From Firmicutes bacterium UBA4845 (GTDB lineage: Bacteria; Bacillota; Clostridia; Tissierellales; Sedimentibacteraceae): a stretch of DNA of 64,000 nucleotides. The stretch spans positions 999-64,998 of the forward strand of contig DHER01000114.1 in NCBI GenBank assembly GCA_002399975.1, given 5' to 3'. Positions 59,224-64,000 of this stretch are shown in pieces (the first letter of the stretch is position 1; the number at the start of each line of letters is the position of its first letter). The position numbers and the translations under genes were made by a program. The notes below the pieces were generated by a model that saw only the letters and a list, made by a program, of their open reading frames with translations, was not told where the DNA came from and ran no database searches.

Positions 59224-59518
59224 ATATTCAGTAGAATTACTGCCTCGTGCATACCGCGATTTAGACGGCATATATGCTTACATTGCTGAAACGTTAATAG
59301 AACCGGACATTGCTTCTAAGTTGGTTGACTCGCTTGAAGAAGCCATTTTCAGCTTGGAAAGCATGCCTCGGCGCGGAGCTTTAAGAAAAACTGGCTCTTA
59401 TGCCAACAAAGGGTATCGTCAGCTTTTCGTTGATAATTTTACTGTTTTGTACCGTGTTGCAGAAGCAAAAAAGAGGGTTCTCGTTGTTACGGTACAGTAT
59501 TCGAAAAGCAAGCTTTAA
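59213..59518 (+). CDS. type II TA toxin, RelE/ParE family
   Basis: YSVELLPRAYRDLDGIYAYIA, YRQLFVDNFTVLYRV; overlaps the antitoxin. Confidence 0.88.
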   Translation: MENKYSVELLPRAYRDLDGIYAYIAETLIEPDIASKLVDSLEEAIFSLESMPRRGALRKTGSYANKGYRQLFVDNFTVLYRVAEAKKRVLVVTVQYSKSKL

Positions 59519-59641
59519 GAAGCCGATGTTAAAACCATGCTAAAAAATATCCGTAAAATATTCTGGCCCATAGCCGGAGTGCTGTACGGCGCGATTCAGG
59601 CAATTGCCGGACTGGCGGAACAGAGGCGTTAGCAGAATACG

Positions 59642-59690
59642 AAATTCGGGGACGGACCTTTAATTTCAAAGTTCATCCCCGAATTTTTTA
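59642..59690. terminator. hairpin between convergent TA and rsgA units
   Basis: AAATTCGGGGA...TCCCCGAATTT followed by a T-run. Confidence 0.6.
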
Positions 59691-60758
59691 TTTTTTGTTT
59701 TTATTTTTTATATATTTGCGTGCATTTTTTATGCCGCCGAAGCTTTTAAACATCTCGTTTATTTTTTTGTTTTCTATTTGTCTGGAATTTAAGCCGTCGT
59801 AGCCGGCTTCCTTTTTTAGCTTTAAATAGCTTGTAAGCCTTTCTTCCGGCAGGATTCCGCTTTCTATGGCTTCCCTGACCGCGCAGCCGGGTTCGCCTGT
59901 ATGGGTGCAGTCGCTGAACCTGCACTGTCCGGACAGCTCGTCAATGTCGGCAAATGCCCTTGACAGGTCAGCACTCTCGATGCCAAGCTCCCTCATGCCC
60001 GGAGTATCTATCACAATGCCGCCTGAGGGTAAGACCACAAGCTCCCGTTTGGTTGTTGTGTGCCTTCCTTTGTCGTCGCTTCTTGTTTCCTGGGTTTCAA
60101 ACAGATCTTTGCCGGTTAATTTATTAATCAGTGTGGTTTTTCCCACACCTGACGAGCCTATGAAGGCAACGGTTTTTCCATTTACGATATATTTTTTAAT
60201 TGATAAAAATCCGTCCTCTTTCATGCTTGAAGTGATAACAACATCCACGCTTAAAGCAACTGTCTCAAGCTCGGAGAGCATTTGCTCCAAATTGCTGCAC
60301 AAGTCCGATTTCGTGAGAACCACCACAGGTACTGCACCGCTGTCCCAGGCTACGCCTATATATCGTTCCAGCCTTCTTAGATTGAAATCATTGTTGAGCG
60401 ACATGCATATAAAAACCGTATCAATATTGGCAGCCACCACCTGTTCATTGTTGGATGTGCCGGCAGCCTTTCTGACAAATGCGCTTTTTCTGGTTAGGAC
60501 ATGATGAATGACTGCATTCCCATCCCCGTTTTCATTAAGCATCACAAAATCTCCCACAGCAGGATAGTCGGATAAATATGCTGCATTGTAGCGGAACTTT
60601 CCAGATACCTGCGCCCTTCTTTCACCGTTTTCCGTCATTACTTTATATAAATCTTTGTCCTGGGAAACAACCCTTCCTATTATAAGCTTTTCATACAAAT
60701 TCGACTCATTGATAAATCTTTCGCTGAGCCCGAAGTCTTTCATGTCGATTTTATTCAA
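59688..60758 (-). CDS. rsgA: ribosome small subunit-dependent GTPase A paralog
   Basis: OB fold PAVGD, TKSD, GSSGVGKT, GRHTTT, DTPG, CRFSDCTHTGEPGC zinc finger. Confidence 0.9.
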   Translation of the reverse strand: MNKIDMKDFGLSERFINESNLYEKLIIGRVVSQDKDLYKVMTENGERRAQVSGKFRYNAAYLSDYPAVGDFVMLNENGDGNAVIHHVLTRKSAFVRKAAGTSNNEQVVAANIDTVFICMSLNNDFNLRRLERYIGVAWDSGAVPVVVLTKSDLCSNLEQMLSELETVALSVDVVITSSMKEDGFLSIKKYIVNGKTVAFIGSSGVGKTTLINKLTGKDLFETQETRSDDKGRHTTTKRELVVLPSGGIVIDTPGMRELGIESADLSRAFADIDELSGQCRFSDCTHTGEPGCAVREAIESGILPEERLTSYLKLKKEAGYDGLNSRQIENKKINEMFKSFGGIKNARKYIKNKNKK

Positions 60759-60802
60759 TTATTATCCTCCTGAAATAAAATAATACTTTTGGAGGCATAC
60801 GC

Positions 60803-60859
60803 TTATTTTTTATATACCTCCGGAATCACTGCAATATCTAGTAGTACATCGTATATCAT
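60803..60859 (-). CDS. 18-aa leader peptide (uORF) of rsgA
   Basis: MIYDVLLDIAVIPEVYKK with SD AAGGGAG; its 3' codons form the 5' arm of a hairpin containing an anti-SD. Confidence 0.6.
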   Translation of the reverse strand: MIYDVLLDIAVIPEVYKK

Positions 60860-60918
60860 AATACAACACTCCCTTCGCGGTTTACTTAATATTTATTGCA
60901 TAATTGATATGCAAAAAT

Positions 60919-60947
60919 ATTGTACATTAAAATATCCATAAATTCAA
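60919..60947 (-). promoter_or_regulatory. SigA promoter of the leader-rsgA transcript
   Basis: Minus strand TTGAAT, 17 nt, TACAAT. Confidence 0.55.
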
Positions 60948-61133
60948 TTAAAATATTTACCAAATATTAACTGACTGAATTCGGCTGTCAGTCACATCTT
61001 TGCCTAAAATATAAATCCTGGGGAAAATAAATATCTCCGGTGAGATTTTCGGAGGGTTTATTTTTATCTCACAAAGCATTAAAAATTATTTGAAAGAAAT
61101 TATATTTGTGCTATAATACATGAAAAACATAAA

Positions 61134-61406
61134 TTGGAGAAGAAATTGGATAAAAAAAATTATAAATTTTTCCAAAATTTAAAGTGTGAATATTTTCCGT
61201 GCCATAAAACTTCTAATGAAGAAAATTTTAATTGTCTTTTTTGCTATTGTCCTTTATATATGCTGAAGGACGAATGCGGAGGCAATTATATCAAAAATCA
61301 CGGCGTCAAAGATTGTACAAACTGTCTTGTACCTCATTCAAAGGGAGGATATGAAAGGGTCATGTCTAAAATGAAGGAGGTTATAAAGAGAGGCAGTGAT
61401 TTTTAA
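61134..61406 (+). CDS. cysteine-rich small domain protein
   Basis: FFQNLKCEYFPCH, FNCLFCYCPLY, CGGNY, KDCTNCLVPH. Confidence 0.85.
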   Translation: MEKKLDKKNYKFFQNLKCEYFPCHKTSNEENFNCLFCYCPLYMLKDECGGNYIKNHGVKDCTNCLVPHSKGGYERVMSKMKEVIKRGSDF

Positions 61407-61489
61407 AAATTAATATTATTGAATAATCATGTATTATAAAAAATGGGTAAGAATGATTAACCAGTAAGTAGTAAAGGAGATTAACTAAT

Positions 61490-62443
61490 ATGCGGATTAA
61501 ATCAAGAAAAGTAGTTATCATAGGTGCCGGACACGTGGGTTCACATGCAGGATATGCACTGGCTGCCCAGGGATTAGCAGAAGAAATAGTTTATATAGAC
61601 GTAGATAAAAAAAAGGCAAAAGCTCAAGCGCTGGACATTTATGATGCCACAGTGTACCTTTCTCACAGGGTTGTGGTAAAAGTGGGAGATTATTCGGATG
61701 CTGCAGATGCTGAGCTTATGGTTATTGCAGCAGGACCTCTTCCAGATATAAATCAGACAAGAATGGATACCTTGGGAGATACTGTGAAAATTATGAAAGA
61801 CGTGGTTGAAAACATTAAGGAATCCGGATTTGGCGGAATTATTGTAAGTATATCAAATCCTGCAGATGTAATTGCCCACTATATTCAGAATCAGTTAAAC
61901 TATCCACCTGAAAGAATTATTTCCACCAGTACAACTTTAGATTCGGCAAGGCTGAGAAGAGCATTGTCTCAGGCGTTGAACGTTGACCAGAAATCAATAT
62001 GCGCCTATGTTATGGGAGAGCACGGAGAAAGCCAGATGGTTCCATGGTCTTCTGTTACAGTGGCAGGGAAACCTATAACTCAGCTTATAACAGAAAATCC
62101 TGAAAAATATGGCAGCTTGGATTTAAAATCAATTGCAGAGGAGGGGAGGTTAGGAGGTTGGCATGTGCTGGAAGGCAAAGGGTCTACCGAGTTCGGCATA
62201 GGAACATCATTGGCTGAAATTGCCCGGGCAATTTTATGTGATGAAAAAAGGATACTTCCGGTATCGGTTTTCCTGAATGGCCAGTATGGGCAGAAGGAAT
62301 TATATGCCAGTGTTCCAGCAGTTTTAGGAAATAACGGAGTAGAACAGATCATAGAAATTAACATGACAGAAGAAGAGAAAAAATTATTTAATAATTCCTG
62401 CAATATTATGCGTGATAATTATTTGATTTCCCTTAAACTTTAA
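61490..62443 (+). CDS. ldh: L-lactate/2-hydroxyacid dehydrogenase (LDH/MDH family)
   Basis: GAGHVG, SNPAD, LDSARL, GEHGES, KGSTEFGI. Confidence 0.85.
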   Translation: MRIKSRKVVIIGAGHVGSHAGYALAAQGLAEEIVYIDVDKKKAKAQALDIYDATVYLSHRVVVKVGDYSDAADAELMVIAAGPLPDINQTRMDTLGDTVKIMKDVVENIKESGFGGIIVSISNPADVIAHYIQNQLNYPPERIISTSTTLDSARLRRALSQALNVDQKSICAYVMGEHGESQMVPWSSVTVAGKPITQLITENPEKYGSLDLKSIAEEGRLGGWHVLEGKGSTEFGIGTSLAEIARAILCDEKRILPVSVFLNGQYGQKELYASVPAVLGNNGVEQIIEINMTEEEKKLFNNSCNIMRDNYLISLKL

Positions 62444-62611
62444 AATACTGGAATGGAAAGTTTTATATAATGAATTGATATGTGATAAAAATATGATATA
62501 ATAATACTCAGAGGAAACAAAGACTGACGTCTTTGTCTGATATGTATTTATTGAATCGGTGTGAAGCAAGCCGATAAGCGGATTGCACTTATGATATAAT
62601 GGGAGGTATAT

Positions 62612-63160
62612 ATGATTAAAGAATTTGAAGGGACACTGCCCATAGTTAATGAGAAAACTTACATAGCGGAAGGTGCTGTACTTGTGGGTAATGTAATAAT
62701 GGAAGAATTCAGCAGCGTATGGCACAATGCAGTTATAAGAGCAGATCTTACAACAATTAAAATAGGCAGATATTCAAATGTTCAGGATAATGCTGTAATT
62801 CATGTTGAAGACGACAATGAGACGGTACTAGGTGATTATGTAACTGTAGGACATGGTGCAATACTTCATGGATGCAAAATAGAGGATCATTGCCTATTAG
62901 GCATGGGGTCGATTGTTTTAAACGGAGCGGTAATAGGCAGAGGAAGTATTATAGGGGCAGGTACATTGGTTAAAGAAAATGCCGTCATACCTCCTTTTTC
63001 GTTAGTTGTAGGAGTACCGGGTAAAATTATCAAGCAGCTTCCAGAAAATACTGACCGTATCCACGCACAGGCGGTGAAGTATAAGACATTATGGTCTAAA
63101 AGATACGGAGTAATGCCCGATATTGGCGGAGAGGTTTACGAAGGGGAACCAATAGTATAA
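62612..63160 (+). CDS. gamma carbonic anhydrase family (hexapeptide repeat) protein
   Basis: VWHNAVIRAD, NVQDNAVIH, VGHGAILHGC. Confidence 0.9.
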   Translation: MIKEFEGTLPIVNEKTYIAEGAVLVGNVIMEEFSSVWHNAVIRADLTTIKIGRYSNVQDNAVIHVEDDNETVLGDYVTVGHGAILHGCKIEDHCLLGMGSIVLNGAVIGRGSIIGAGTLVKENAVIPPFSLVVGVPGKIIKQLPENTDRIHAQAVKYKTLWSKRYGVMPDIGGEVYEGEPIV

Positions 63161-63295
63161 ATATTTTATAAATCTGCTTATTTATTCATGAATGTTTCCA
63201 AAAAATACTTTGAAAAATATTTATAAATCCTGGTTTAAGGCAGCAATTAGGGTAATAATAATAAATATATTAAATATATTTAAATGGAGGCAGGA

Positions 63296-63595
63296 ATGAA
63301 GGATTTGTTTTTAAAGACAGATGACGGTCTTGTGCCTATTGATGGTAAAATGACCGAAAAATATGGTTTATGTGCCGGTAGAATATCGCCCTTCAGCGGA
63401 TTTACCATTGTGGATAAAGATGGGAATCCTATAGATGCTAGCGATCTAAACCGTTCTTCGGGATCTGGACTTGATTCAGTTAAAAAAGGTGAGGGTTTGG
63501 AAGATGAAGAAATAGAGGAGTTTTCTGATACGGGAGCTATAATGTCCCAATCAGAAATTATTGATTTTTCAAATGGAACTGATTCCGAACAGTAG
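63296..63595 (+). CDS. hypothetical acidic protein
   Basis: GGAGG SD before ATG 63296; Asp/Glu-rich C-terminus; no motif recognised. Confidence 0.6.
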   Translation: MKDLFLKTDDGLVPIDGKMTEKYGLCAGRISPFSGFTIVDKDGNPIDASDLNRSSGSGLDSVKKGEGLEDEEIEEFSDTGAIMSQSEIIDFSNGTDSEQ

Positions 63596-63708
63596 GATGG
63601 TAGGATCAAAAAAATCATGCATATGCATGATTTTTTTGCTTTACTAAGAAAAATAAAAATATGTATTGACAATAGAGCAGTTATTATATTATAATTAAAT
63701 TCAGTTGA

Positions 63709-63732
63709 ATAATTGAACAATTGTTCAATTAT
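63709..63732. promoter_or_regulatory. SmtB/CadC-type operator
   Basis: Perfect 24-bp palindrome ATAATTGAACAATTGTTCAATTAT downstream of TTGACA...TATAAT. Confidence 0.75.
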
Positions 63733-63749
63733 AAAAAGGAGATAATAAT

Positions 63750-64000
63750 ATGAAAGATAAATCGGAAAAAGATGATATGTTTTGTGATTGTGAGTTTATT
63801 CATGAAGACGTAGTGATTGAAGTTAAAAAAAGAATGCCTGATGATGAAACTCTTTATGATTTATCGGATTTTTTCAAAATGTTGGGAGATTCAACCCGTG
63901 TAAAAATAATGTGGGCTCTCGATGAAAATGAAATGTGCGTATGTGATATAGCTGCACTTTTAAATATGTCAAAATCTGCAATATCTCATCAGCTTAAATC
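63750..64000 (+). CDS. ArsR/SmtB (CadC/CzrA-like) metal-responsive repressor, truncated by window edge
   Basis: MKDKSEKDDMFCDCEFIHE...LGDSTRVKI...EMCVCDIAALLNMSKSAISHQLK; AAGGAG SD. Confidence 0.88.
   Translation, partial: MKDKSEKDDMFCDCEFIHEDVVIEVKKRMPDDETLYDLSDFFKMLGDSTRVKIMWALDENEMCVCDIAALLNMSKSAISHQLK

Noticed and set aside
59537-59632. 31-aa ORF after the RelE toxin
   Set aside because: No SD and no recognised family; treated as a remnant
62514-62537. Hammerhead ribozyme (GAAAC-stem-GUC)
   Set aside because: No correctly placed CUGANGA core or stems I and II
4582-63720. Numerous 60-240 aa opposite-strand or alternate-frame ORFs in the ORF track (e.g. 46375-47097, 53742-54344, 59866-60504)
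   Set aside because: Shadows of well-supported genes, without SD or family motifs
1-64000. CRISPR arrays, tRNA, rRNA, IS elements, selenocysteine TGA codons
   Set aside because: No regularly spaced repeats, cloverleaf or rRNA signatures, transposase ORFs or in-frame TGA splits were seen on manual reading

Overview
AT-rich DNA from an anaerobic, spore-forming Firmicute (Clostridia/Tissierellia-type, inferred from ytrH/ytrI, sigma54 activators, a BceRS-AB-type module and bifurcating-type ETF). I saw no rRNA, tRNA, CRISPR array, IS element or prophage. Layout: (1) 0.2-0.6 kb, a type I toxin-antitoxin locus missed by the ORF track, followed by a GltD-like gene remnant. (2) 1.3-7.3 kb, stress and housekeeping genes (tocopherol-cyclase-like, GNAT, ferritin, OpuA, CsoR/InrS-like sensor). 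(3) 7.4-27.2 kb, the best candidate for an undescribed system: a ~20-kb catabolic island with five exact -24/-12 sigma54 promoters, a repeated GATGCA-N4-TGCATC enhancer-like motif and its own activator. It combines a 4-hydroxybutyryl-CoA dehydratase (AbfD), a 2-hydroxyacyl-CoA dehydratase with activator, a LarA-superfamily protein, a KduD-like SDR, an NRAMP-like permease, acyl-CoA dehydrogenase/EtfAB, a FabZ-like hot-dog dehydratase, crotonase, 3-hydroxyacyl-CoA dehydrogenase, a frameshifted thiolase and a CoA transferase. I infer CoA-dependent radical deoxygenation of a polyhydroxy short-chain acid. (4) 28-38 kb, a YedE/TusA/DUF3343 trio, a BceRS-AB-type module and a GacIJL-like lipid-linked glycosylation module. 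(5) 38.8-47.2 kb, acoR plus a sigma54 acetoin dehydrogenase operon headed by a Lin0512-family gene. (6) 47.3-48.9 kb, a phage-like CI/Cro divergent pair with three TATC-N8-GATA operators upstream of a diguanylate cyclase split at an A11 tract. (7) 49-64 kb, fbp, ytrHI, butanol dehydrogenase, ArsR/MATE, alanine/glycine symporter, an SOS-boxed radical SAM DNA-repair pair, a type II TA pair, an rsgA paralog with a leader-peptide attenuator, an LDH-like enzyme, a gamma-CA-family protein and a truncated CadC/ArsR regulator. All family calls are from motif recognition by eye; no database searches were run.
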